Shown here: in pieces, positions 28,871-55,899 of the stretch
How the letters are laid out: every line of letters begins with the position of its first letter
Position numbering within the stretch: the first letter of the stretch is position 1
NCBI RefSeq assembly: GCF_009914755.1
Contig: NC_060929.1
Length of the DNA stretch: 64,000 bases
Source of the DNA: the human T2T-CHM13v2.0 reference genome, Homo sapiens
Reading direction: 5' to 3' (one strand)
Translations under genes and position numbers: made by a program
Notes under the pieces: generated by a model
Seen by the model: only the letters and a program-made list of their open reading frames with translations
The model's database searches: none
What the model was told of the DNA's origin: nothing

Positions 28871-29205
28871 ATTCAAAAATAATTCATGTTATCTTGCATG
28901 GATGGATTCACTCATCTCCCCTCTCTTCTCCCTCCCACCAATGCCTATCCCTGATCCTATCTCAGCTTAGAGTGAAACTGTAAAATGACAATGTCTCATG
29001 TAAAGCTCTATGTAGAACAAGTCACTTATGTCTTTCCTGAACAAGTATGAAATCTTTTTAATCAGGTGAGAGAAAGAAGTTATAAAATGTAAAATACTTT
29101 TATCTTGAGAACTAAGATATTAGAGGAAACATACAGAAGACCAGCTTGTTTAGATCCAAATGTAATTTGGAACGAGGCTTAACTCACATTAAAAATTAGG
29201 CTTTT

Positions 29206-29818
<613 letters not shown>

Positions 29819-31385
29819 AGGCTTTTATGACTGTAAAGGATTGTAAAGCTAATTTTTTATTTTTTGTAAAGACAGGGTCCTGCTATGTTGTCCAGGCTGG
29901 TTTTGAACTCTTGGGCTCAAGTAATCCTCTTTAAATCCTCTAGCATTTAAAGTAAGGATGTACGATATTTTTTGCTTTCAGACTAAATGCACAAGTAGCA
30001 ACAGTCATTCCTTTAAGCTATTTAGTTTCAGGGACTTCTGAAAGACACTTGTATCCTGATACTGTACCCTGGACCTGAACTAATCATTCAATCCACATGT
30101 AAATGTGCCAAGAGTCTCACTTCTGATTGTCCTGTGGATTAAAAGGTTTTATTTTTGTTTTCTAAGTCACATAAAACCCATAACCAGAGATACTGCAGGT
30201 GGAAAACAAAAAAAGCAGAAAGTTGCCAAATTCAAAAGACTCCAGCCCTCAAGAGGCTAGAATCTTATGTAAGCCATTGGTACTTAAGATAAAACCATTC
30301 ACTTCTGATTCCCAAAGGCAACAGAGTAAAAGAATAACTTAATTGTTGCTAACTGCCTATCCGTCCACTTACTTCAGTGATCAAAGCTGGCATGGTAAGT
30401 CTTCAAGATGCCCTATGTTCTTAAAATTGGCAAATGCTTCCTTGAAGCAGCACAGGACAGATTAGTGTGTCAGGCACCAAGATAAAATAAAGAACACTTT
30501 CAATGCCAAAGCAAGTATTTAGGCAGCAATTCGGGTATCAGTTTCTACATCTTCTGGATAAAACCTTACTCACCTGCCTTTTAGGGACACTTGGATTGCT
30601 TTCAGTTTTTTTTAGTGAGCACAACATACTCTTCATTCAATAGGTACTTGATGAACAGTGACTGTGGGATGTACCAAGGAGTTTACAACTTAATAGAAGT
30701 TATCTTAAGTTACCAGAATACAGGACTTTAAAGGCCACTATGATTGGTACCAATTACTAAAGAGAATTCTAAGCTTTTATCAGAAAACAGAAGTCACCCA
30801 CTTAGAAAACAAAACAGAAGACACATCCTCTGCAATTCAGCTTCTGCCTCTACCACACCTAAGTATCTGCTGCTAGAAGTCCTCTAACTTATTAACTATG
30901 AAATCCTAAGGACCAGTCTACAGTATATAAATCTGGCAATCACTCTAGTCACCTAGAAATGTCCCCTTTTCCCTTGGCTTCCACAAATCCTACTCTACTA
31001 ATTCTCTACTACTGATTTCTATACTCTTAGCACCCCAGCCCCAACATCATCATCTTCCAGAGTTAAACTCCCATAACCCAATATATAAAACAAGTCTACT
31101 TATCTCTAGCAGTCTAACTCTGGGGCCAATATCCACAAACTCAATCACCTAGTAGACTGCTACTAGTAGATCTTCTGAAGGAATCTCAAACATGGTTTAA
31201 ACTCAAAGTCATTTTCTTCTCCATTCCTCTCAAACCCATTTTCAGCTCTACCAACTACAGTATCACAATTCCATCCCACCCCAACTAAAAACCGTATTTT
31301 CACTTTCCCTAGCACACCCTGTCTACTTTACTTCAGAATGATCTCCCAAAACATTCTAATTTTACTAGATTTGAAATATCACCTC

Positions 31386-31687
<302 letters not shown>

Positions 31688-31789
31688 GAAATATCCTCAC
31701 CAGTATTACATACTGCAATCTCTTCAAGACTCAAGAATAACACTAGCCAAGATGTTCCCACAGCGCCACTTGGCGCGCAACTTTATTAA

Positions 31790-31920
31790 TGCACTAATTA
31801 CACCATGTGACAAGTTTGCCTTGTTTGTGTCTGACTTCCCTCCTAGTTTATAAATTCTTCAAGGGCAAAGGCCATGTCTCACTTACCTTCTTTTCACCAG
31901 CACCAAAGCTTGGCACATAA
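31790..31920 (+). mobile_element. L2 3'-end fragment
   Basis: tgtgtctg...tataaattcttcaagggcaaaggccatgtc...ccagcac...tggcacata resembles the L2 3' terminus. Confidence 0.6.
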
Positions 31921-32214
31921 CCCTTCTCTTCGTTCAAGTATTTATAATCTACTGATCTTTCCCTACATAAAAAACCTCTGACATTTAAGTACTAAAGAAC
32001 ACTCAATACTACTAAGTTTTTTTCATCAATTCCAGACACTGATTTGTATCACCCCACTGGTAACACTAAAAAGAGATCCACATTAACTAGCGAAAGTTTC
32101 AAGACCTGTTTTCTAAGTCACTTCCTTATGCTGCATATATACTTTGTAGTAGTTTCAGAGGAATGACAAAACAGACAAAAGAGAAAGCTTGTTTAAAAAA
32201 AAAAAAAAAAATTC

Positions 32215-33132
<918 letters not shown>

Positions 33133-33499
33133 ATCTACACAGCAATCCACAGAGCTCACTCCCTCCACTGAAATAAGGTGTTCTATTCAGCCACCATTAT
33201 AGGACGGTATCTCTTTTCCAAAGACCTTAATTTCTATCACTGGAACTTATGAATTCAAATTTACTTGAACAGAAATTAACCATTGCCTAAGGCTTGGCAA
33301 TCACTTCAATGTTTATTTTACCTTATGATTTTATCCATTTAATGAGAGAACGACCCTCACTAATTCAGACAATGCAGAAAGGATGACCTGTATCAGAAAA
33401 ATGTAAGTTATAAAGAAAAAAATGTAAACTTTACCTCTTCATACTCTCAAGCACCTTATGACAGGCTGCTGCTCATATAAATTTGATATTCACAAACTA

Positions 33500-33643
<144 letters not shown>

Positions 33644-36474
33644 CTAAAAAAAAAGGACATTAAATATAAAATTTAAGAGAGAGAGTTCTACATGACATTT
33701 CATCAACTACAGTCCATCAGAAGGCTCTAACTTATTGACCACAAAGTTCTAAGAACCTACAATACATAACCCTGTAAAGCACTGTTGTAAGCAGTTATTC
33801 ACAAGTTAGTCTCCGAGTATTTCTATTAAAATTTTTTCAAAGTATAACTACTAGGAACAGAAGCTTTTAAGGCCTGCCCTACTGAACTCACTATTGGTAT
33901 AAATTTAATAAAACATACATATTTGTATTTGCTTTCTGCCTGCCTTTCGTCTCCCACTGAATACTGGACTCCATCTGAACAGTTAACTGCCACAATTAAC
34001 TACATGCGAACCTGAGGAAGGTCAGTCCAAAACAAACAACGCTACTAAATAAGATAGAAATTTTCCCCACAGTGAGTCCTACCTGTGAAGATGAGTTCAG
34101 ATCCAAAGAGTACATCAGAATATGCTCATTTATGTCTGAGGCAATGCAAGACCATATACAAGAGAATAAAATGATTTAAAGATAAGCAGATGTGAGTACA
34201 ATTCCCTAAATCTACTTAAAAGCTTCATTTCAGAGCCCTTTTTATCTTTCAGTACTGACTGTCCAGGTGACCAACTTTGAGATCTCTTGGCAAGATCTCC
34301 ATAATAATAACCTTTTACTTGCTCTGAAAACGCATTTATTAATTCAGATTAATTATGAGTCGTTAGGAAAAAGATATAATCTTACATAAAAAGTTAAGCA
34401 TTTAATTTCAAAGGACTTGAGTTCTGGCAAAAAAAAAAAAAAAGGCATTTAAAATTAAAAGTCCAACAATTTCTTACCATCTTCAAATTCTTTTTTTAAA
34501 AAAGAAAACATACAAACAAGGAAAACAACAACAACAAAAAGAATAGCAATACCTTGTACAGATTAATTCAAGGCCTCTTAAAACTCACATACAACTTTTA
34601 AAAGGCCCATGCTTCTCAAGTATTCATAATCCGGTGATGTCACTATTAACTTATGGCACCTCTGAAGTTTTCTAGGTGTGTTGTATTACAAATCGCATAT
34701 ATTTTCCCAAAAGTGTATCATTTGGCATTTAAAACATGCATCACACCCATTTTATGTTCAAAGACTTATGACCCATTACATCGGTTAAAATATTCATTCA
34801 GCTTCTCTGAGACAATTGTCGCCAACCCCAAAGCAAACAGGTTGTTAGGCAAAGGAAGCAAAAAAGTAAAGCATGTTTTAAAACCAGCCACTGAAATATC
34901 CTACTCTCACTCATCCATAGTTGGAGAGAATCAGATTTCACTTTGCGATTCACAAACATGTCTGCTTCTCCATGTTGCTTAGCGCTTGCCAATAATGCAG
35001 TTGTCCCTGCTTAATGGAGAAGGATGCAGAGTAGAGGACCCTTCCTGTGACAAGACCACAACAAAAGGTATCTCCAAAAGAAAATATTTTAACCTGAGCC
35101 CAATTTTTAATTATAAAACATTTAAACATGTAATTTTTATATTAGATAGTACTGAAATGAACAGTGCAGAATCACAAATCTAACAATGCAGTTGATTAAA
35201 ATTACTCTAAAAGCAAGACGACCGTTTCATATTTCTTTCAAATAACTCAAGATAAGTGCTTAGTCATAGTCAAGTTTGTGGATTGGGTTACTCTTAAGGG
35301 AGTTGAGACCTTACTAAATAGCAGCTGGTCAATCGGTTAATCTGTAATTCGATGCACTTGGTAATACTAAACTCAAAGATAAGTTTTAGTGTTACAGTAG
35401 AATAAAGTGCAAAATTTTTAAGTAATAATGGATGAAATATTTATTTGAAATGCTTTCAAAACAATTCCATTCTAAAGAAAGAGGCCTAAAGGCTCCTGCA
35501 CTTGTAAATAATTCTCCATGGCCAGCATAAAGCGGGTTCTATCACATCATATAGAAAAAAAACCCCTGCGCTTTAAGTGACCCGAAATTCTGACACTGCT
35601 TTTTAGACTGCACAGTGGAGGAGACGGTATTGTTCTATGAAACGGATACATTCTACTGTCACGCTCTAAAGGAAAAATGCATGTCCCTAAAACCCAAACG
35701 TGAAGTTTCCATTAAAAGTGAATCAAAGCAGGTAGACGTCCTATTTCTTTAAAAGCCAGATACCTAGAGTTAAGTTATACACAGTTAAGGCTCCTACAAG
35801 TCACACCACTCTGACGATGGTATCTGCTCAACGACTCCAAGTCATGGCAAAACAACGCTAAGAAATATTCAGATGGAGCAGGCGGCTATGTGCAGAAAGC
35901 CGGCGCCCGCACACGGTTAGCCAGGACCGACCGGTAGCTAGTGACGCCAGACACGGTGGAGAAAGGATGGGAGCCAAGAACCGGGCGGCCTCAGACCACC
36001 ACCGCAGCTCTCCCTCCCGACCACAACAAAAGCCAGACACCGACACACGCCCACGCTCACGACAGCCAAGGGACCCCCATTCACAACCCCGCCGCCACCC
36101 CCGCCCTGGTCCCCGGGACAGCAGGCTTAAGACCAAGAGAGGCCCCCGGCCGCAGCCTGGGCCTTGCAGCCGAGCTCCGCGCCGGCTGACGCTCGGCCGG
36201 TGCAGAGAAGGCCCAGCCCGGGGTTCGGCTCACTTATGGAGCGCCGTGAGGACGCCCGGCCAGAGGAGGCCTCGCTGAGTCGGGGGCGGGGCAGGTGAAC
36301 GGAACCTGGTAGTGTCTCCCGAAGAACAGGGTCGACAACGCGATCCACCGGGCCCGAAAGAAGGCCAGGCCCAGTCACCGCCCGCCGCGGACAGGCCCAA
36401 ACCGCAGCGGTGAGGCCAGCCGGCACGCAATCCGGTAGCCACGACCCTTTCCAGTTCAGTGGGCGGCTACTCAC

Positions 36475-36570
36475 GGTGTTCGGTGTTAAGGAGACGGCCG
36501 GCGGGAGGCTGACGAGAGCCGGGAGGCGTTAGCGAAGGAAGAGAAAAACCGAAGACGAAGCCACTACAGC
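36475..36570 (-). other. SKP1: SKP1 non-coding exon 1 (TSS approximate)
   Basis: Donor ACC|gtgagt at 36475/36474. Start placed ~30 nt downstream of the TATA box. Confidence 0.85.
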
Positions 36571-36593
36571 GTCGCAGCGCGGCGCGGCGTCTG

Positions 36594-36600
36594 CTTTATA
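36594..36600 (-). promoter_or_regulatory. TATA box of SKP1
   Basis: TATAAAG on the minus strand, an isolated AT patch inside the CpG island, correctly spaced from exon 1. Confidence 0.8.
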
Positions 36601-36920
36601 GGAGAGGGCGCAGGCGCCGAGGACCCCGGGGCGCGCGGCGTCACATCGCGGCTGGGCTGGCCGCCGAGATCGCCTGACGGCAGGCCGAGAACGGCTGGGC
36701 GGGCCCAGGCCGGGAGGCGGCAAGGAGCTGCCGGGGGCGGCTGGCCGGGGGATCGGGGGGCCGGAAGAGTTTTCGCCTCTCCCCAGCTCTGAAAGCGCCG
36801 CGCTGTCTCGTCAACTGGGTGCCGGACCCCGACTGGCCTAGAAAGGTCTTTCAGGCAGCGGTGCCCTAAGCCGAGTGAAAGACCCCAGTTAAAAAGCCTG
36901 GAAAAAACAAAACCGGGCGA

Positions 36921-37112
36921 GTGTGTGCGTCTCTGTGTGTGTTCCTGGGAACAACAGAACGGGGCGTGTGTGTGTGTGTTCACTCCTGGGGGGGGCTGCG
37001 TGTGTGTGTACGCGCGTGTGTTCATTCCTGAGGTGTATGTGCGCGCGCGGGTGTGTGTGTTCATTCCTGGGGTGGGGTGGGGTGGGGGTGGGGCGCTTGT
37101 GTGTGTGTGTTT
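36921..37112. repeat. Compound (GT)n/(CG)n repeat with a recurring TTCAYTCCTG unit and a G-run tract
   Basis: Seen directly; see findings. Confidence 0.85.
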
Positions 37113-37149
37113 TACTACTGAACTGATACAGCTTGTCCAGCTTCCATTC

Positions 37150-37275
37150 TCCACGGTAACCCTCCGAGGTGAAATAGTGTTAGCCTTTTCGCCTCTGCAG
37201 TGAGGGAACAGGTTCGGAACGGTTAAGTGGCAGAGCTAGGATTTGAACCTTACTCCACAATTAGGTGCTGTTAGC
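37150..37275 (-). mobile_element. MIR fragment
   Basis: gagggaacaggttcggaacggttaagtggcagagctaggatttgaacc resembles the reverse MIR core. Confidence 0.6.
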
Positions 37276-38127
37276 CCTTATTTCCTACTATTGACTTCTA
37301 AAGAGGCTTCCATGCCAAACATAGCCATCGTTATAGGGAAACCCCAAGTCTAGAGAGATGGCTCCATCTAGCAGTAGGTACCTACTCCTTCACTAAACAT
37401 GCTTTGAGCCCGACGTGCGAGGCGTGGTGCTGGGGATTCCGCCGTGAACCAGGCAGCCAGGGCCCGGCCTGGACGTAACTCTTCTCTAGGGTGCTCCCAG
37501 GAAGGCTTTGATGAGGTCGATGGAATGAAGCCAGCTGTAAAGGAAAGGGAGTAGTCTGAAAGCCCCACCCTGTTCTGCTCGGGAACATTACTCTCCCCAT
37601 CCTAGGAGACTGGGCGCCGGGCTCGCCTAGCCAACAGGCACGTGATGATATCCCTGACACCAGGAAGACAAAAGATACTTCCACACAGGGCCCCCTGAAG
37701 AAACCAGAGATGTACAGTGCCTCTGGGATGGGACTGGGCAGGAAGGCCAAGCAGCTCCTTGAGTTACCAGGTCTTTGTCTACAAGCCTATCCAGTGTCTG
37801 CCAGGTGCCACAGCTGATGACAGAAGATGAAACGCCTGCAGCTCTCAGACATTTTCTTTGCAGCACAGCCCTGCCCTCAGCAGCTCTAGCTTCAGGCCTC
37901 CTAGGCAGGGCCCACTGGAGCCCCTTTGCTCCCCGCCTATGGCATAGAAGGTGGTACCTTATTAACTCTCTTTAAGCATTCTAAGCAGGACTGTGCAGTG
38001 TCAGGTCACACAGCCCGGGGACCCAGCACAGGGTCTGGCATAAAAGTAGGGATATATTTTTCCAAATATGTCTGAGAACCCCCTTTATTAGAATCACCAA
38101 GAAATGTCTGCTTTTAAAACAGATTTT

Positions 38128-41219
<3,092 letters not shown>

Positions 41220-41289
41220 GTAAAAAATTCATGCAGCCACAGAGGCAGAGGAATCACACAGACCTGCTGTTGCCCACTTGCTGCTAACA

Positions 41290-41400
41290 TCCTGCGTGAT
41301 CTGGGATAAGTGGCTTCTCCTTGCTGAGCCCCAGCCCCCTTGTCTGTAAAGTGGGGATTATAACAATACCAATACATCACAGGATTTTTGTGAAAATCAG
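41290..41400 (+). mobile_element. MIR fragment
   Basis: ctgcgtgatctgggataagt...ctgagcc...tctgtaaagtgggga matches the MIR core. Confidence 0.65.
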
Positions 41401-41409
41401 TGATTTTAG

Positions 41410-41955
41410 TCACCAGAATGGCTAAACTTAAAAGAATGACAATACCAAGTATTAGCAAGGATGTGGAACAATCGGAGCTCTCATACATTTCTGGTGGGAG
41501 TACAAATTGGCACACTTCAGAAAACTGGCAGTATCTACTAAAACTAAACATACATGTACCCAGTGGCCCAGCAACTCCAATTCTGGATATATACTCAGCA
41601 GAAATAAGAACTTATGTCTACCAAAAATATGTTTAAGAATGTTCATAGCAGCTTTATTCATAAGAGTCAAGAAAGAACAAATCTATCAACTATAAAATGA
41701 AAAAAAAACTGTAGTATATTCACTTAATGGAATATTAAACAGCAATGAAAAAGAACCTACTGATATACACAATGTGGATGGATCTCATGAACAATGTTGA
41801 ACAAAAGAAGCTAAACCCAAGAATATTGATTGTTTAAGTCCATTTCAATAAAGACCAAAAAAGCCCCAGGCAATAACGAATCTGCGGTGAGAGAAGAATA
41901 GTTACCTTTGGCAGGTGACAAGTATTGATGAGGGAAGTTTTTGGGATGCTAAATA
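41410..41955 (+). mobile_element. Old L1M (L1ME-like) 3' region; continues at ~42582-42700 after the Alus
   Basis: caccagaatggctaaa...gacaataccaagt...gatgtggaacaa...gacccagcaa-like...gaatgttcatagcagctttattcata. Confidence 0.8.
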
Positions 41956-41959
41956 TTTT

Positions 41960-43063
<1,104 letters not shown>

Positions 43064-43559
43064 TCAATTCCTGAAGGAAGTCTGAGCCCCTGGAGCCTTT
43101 CCTTCACATGGCTTCCCAACCCTTCAGAGCCAAGGCTGGAGGAATACAGGAGATGTTGGGAGGGAAGGTGAGGAATTTCTGCAAGGCCACAGGGAGGACT
43201 TACCTGCCCATGGGCCAAGAGTTCAACTAAGACCTTGGACAAAGCTACAGAAAGTTACAGCTTCCTTTCCTCTATCTGAGCCAGCCAGTGCAATACCTTC
43301 CCTGGTGGACTATGAACCTGCCCTTGGGAAGCTGCTGTGGAATCTCTAGGCAGAAGTGACATCTACACCTAAGTGGTGGAGGAAAACATTTCTTGACCCA
43401 CATCTGTACCCTGCACCATCAGATTTCAGGAACCCCAGACTGCCTTGGGTCTAGGGTAGGTTGGAGAGTCTTGGCAAGCCAAAGTGGGCCTACCCATGAA
43501 GGAGGGACTGAACAGTAATCCTGCCCAAATCAGCAAGCCCATAAGCATAGCCACTAACA

Positions 43560-43770
43560 TTCCTGGAGCATGGGCCTGCCAGATTACCGAGCTAAGCTCT
43601 TTCTTTATAATGTTTTAATCTCACAGCAACCCTAGGAGGTGGTTACTATTATAATCTGCATTTTACAGGAGAGATGCCAAGGCTGAGATGGGTTAAGTAA
43701 TCAGCCCCAGGCCATAGAGCAGGAAAATGGGGAGGTGGGATTTGAACCTAGGTCTGGCTAACTCACCACA
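43560..43770 (-). mobile_element. MIR
   Basis: tttaatctcacagcaaccctaggagg...cattttacag...ggttaagtaa...gggatttgaacctaggtctg. Confidence 0.75.
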
Positions 43771-43968
43771 GATGAGTCTGACTTCACGGAAGAGCATGAG
43801 CTACACCCACCTCTCTCCAAGGAGAGAAGACCATAGGAGTGCACAGTGCCCCCCATGTGCTCAGAGTTGCCATGCTGGGCCCAAGTTAAGGCAGTGACAG
43901 GGACGGGATTGCTCTAGAGTCCGTCTGGTCCAGGTCAACCCCCAAGAACTACCAGTACTGACTGGCTC

Positions 43969-43987
43969 TGACCAACAGATGGCACCA
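43969..43987 (+). promoter_or_regulatory. Candidate CTCF motif between SKP1 and PPP2CA
   Basis: TGACCAACAGATGGCACCA versus consensus TGGCCACCAGGGGGCGCTA. Confidence 0.4.
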
Positions 43988-44721
43988 GAGAGCCAGGTGG
44001 CTGTCCCAAGGGTGCATCTTCACTGAGCCTGCCCTCTTCCAGGCTTGCCCTCTGGCCCCTCCAAAGGTTGCCCTCTCTCCCCTCCAGGACGCAGACTCCT
44101 GTCCAGAAACCCAGTCTGGCCACCAGAGGCTGAATGCCAGTGCAACTTAATCCCATGTCCACAGCGTGACCATGGAAGTAGCCCCCAGCCATCTGGGTCA
44201 CAGTGTCCCTCTGTGAAATGTAGAGTTTGACAGAGACCTGTGAAATGCAGGACCTGGTAGCAGGGCCAGAAAGACTCAGTTAGGAGCAGAGCAGTGCAGT
44301 ACAATGCAGCGAGGACTCCTTCACAGATGAGAAAACAATGACAGGCATCACCTATCATCACCGGCTAAGTCTCCCTACCCCTCCGCCCAGAGGACCCCAG
44401 CACCAATATGTCGTCTGGAGCCAGCACACTGGGGCAAAGACTACCAGAGAGAAATTGCAATTTAAAAACTCTGCAAAGCCCAGCCAGTCAGCCACCCATG
44501 GAGCTCCAGGCAGGCCGACTTGCTGAACATCCCAGGAGCTAGACTGGGATCATCAGTGAGGTAGTCAAGTATGACGTGGGTATGTCTTGCAAGCCAAGTG
44601 CCTGACTGTTAACTGCGCAGTCAGGAAGGCCTGTCTGCCAAGGGACTACTGAGTGGCAGGGATTTCTCCAGGAAAATCTCTGAGTCTAGGCCCAGCAAGC
44701 TGCTGATATAGACCATGCCAG

Positions 44722-46640
<1,919 letters not shown>

Positions 46641-46714
46641 TGTATGCTGATAGGAATAATCCAATTGAGGAGGCCAAGGATAGAGGTACAGCTGCAGAAA
46701 GATTGCTGGATGTT

Positions 46715-52206
<5,492 letters not shown>

Positions 52207-52404
52207 GGAAGAACACATTAAAGTCCTTCCCACTAACAACACTGAATGGTTGAGAAGATTGTACATCATGGCTGAGGCTATCTCAAAATAGATTCCGAAG
52301 GGACCCAAGTAGTAAAATAAGAGCAGTGGTTTGCAGCATTAGCAGCATCGTACGCAGAGTAGACAAAATCCTGGCTACTTCTCACAAGCCTGTTGAGGAT
52401 ACAA

Positions 52405-53368
<964 letters not shown>

Positions 53369-54250
53369 ACTTAATTAAATTCAACCTCAGACATGAGGGT
53401 TTGTGCTTTTCCTTAAAAAACAAAAAAGTGTGACTTTTTCCAGCATTCACTCATTAGCTATAATTATTTCCTCTTTCACTCTTGGGAATGAGGAATTCTG
53501 GTCCAGGCATGACAGCAAATACAAAACAAACTGGGGTCTGTTGCCTATATCACTTACTTGGTTACCACTGATCTTTGTATGTTCAACTTTTAAACAATTC
53601 AAACACAGTCCACATTTTTCTTTCCTCAAATTTATATACCAGCTGATAAAAATACATTTCAATCTATTTACAGGACAGCACTGCCTACAAGCCAACAATG
53701 CTGTGTTAGCAACATCCCATTTTTTTCTAGACAGTAGTACTTGTGCAATTAAATATATATAATAAAAAGTAGAAATAAAATGTACTTATATTCCTAAAAC
53801 ATAAAGCTTTAAATGTAATTGGAAAAAATATAGAAATCACCAGGCATGCCCAAAATAATACATCTACAACCTTCATAAGGCTATTTGCTAAAACAGATGT
53901 ATACTTGTGAAGGGAAAAAAATCTAAATTAAAAAAGTTTATGAAGACTAGAAATATGTCAAAACAATGTGTGAGGACGAAGGCTTTAATGCAAAATAGCT
54001 TTAGCTCACAGAACCAAAATCCATCTGAAAACAAACAAGCCTATTACCAAACTATAGGTTACTAAACTATAGGCCCATTTCTAAGAACACATTTATGGTT
54101 GGAAGCAAAGGAATATTTATACTAAACAGGTAAAAGTCACCACTGAAACAGAGAGTCGCACGGTACATTTTAATTCCTTATCAACATCCATGAACCACCA
54201 CCATGTATCCCAATTTTCTTAAGTATGTACTTAGGAAACAGCAGTGAGGT

Positions 54251-55317
<1,067 letters not shown>

Positions 55318-55899
55318 TAACACATTTTCCTTACCATAGCCATTTTCAAAAGAAGGTAGGGTACTAACACTTTCCAGTTTAGATGGCCAAAGCCTGGTCA
55401 GTCTCTATAATTAAACAATTATTTTAAACCCTAGTTATGCTAAAACCAAGCTATTCTTATCACAAGTCCCATTCTGCTAACCACAAAATTTAGAGAATTT
55501 GTACCTGGAAGATACCACCACGTGTCAATTACAATATACGTATTCCTTGGTCAATTCTGATATCACAGGACCGGAAAAAATAGCTGCTTGGTGTCTAGAT
55601 TGTTTGGGTATTAAAACCACTGCACATGGATAAGCTATTTGTTCAGTCGGAGAGAAAGGGCATAGAGTGACAGAGCAACAAAAAGACACACAGAGAATGT
55701 ATTTCTTGTGAAAGAAAAGAATGAAATGAAATGAAATGTAGAAACCCTAATGGCCTTTTGCTTTGGAAAATTAACTCCACAAGCCACTAAAAATACTATC
55801 AATTAGATCAGAAAAGACATTCGGTATGTATGTGTTCCTCAAGCATTTTAGAAAGGGGATATGCTATAACTTCCCTGTTGGTTCCAGATTCAACACAGC

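Larger units (their letters stand above)
35880..37050. promoter_or_regulatory. CpG island over the SKP1 promoter, exon 1 and the start of intron 1
   Basis: Abrupt rise in GC and CpG content. GC boxes (ggggcgggg ~36283, gggcggg ~36697) and half-CRE CGTCA/TGACG at 36639 and 36675. Confidence 0.92.

Noticed and set aside
35858-36723. Several Arg/Pro/Gly-rich ORFs on both strands
   Set aside because: Expected from stop-codon scarcity in a CpG island.
36564-37154. 196-aa minus-strand ORF upstream of SKP1
   Set aside because: Low-complexity HT/TH runs come from the GT repeat and the stop-poor CpG island. It lies almost entirely upstream of the TATA-defined TSS and shows no recognisable domain.
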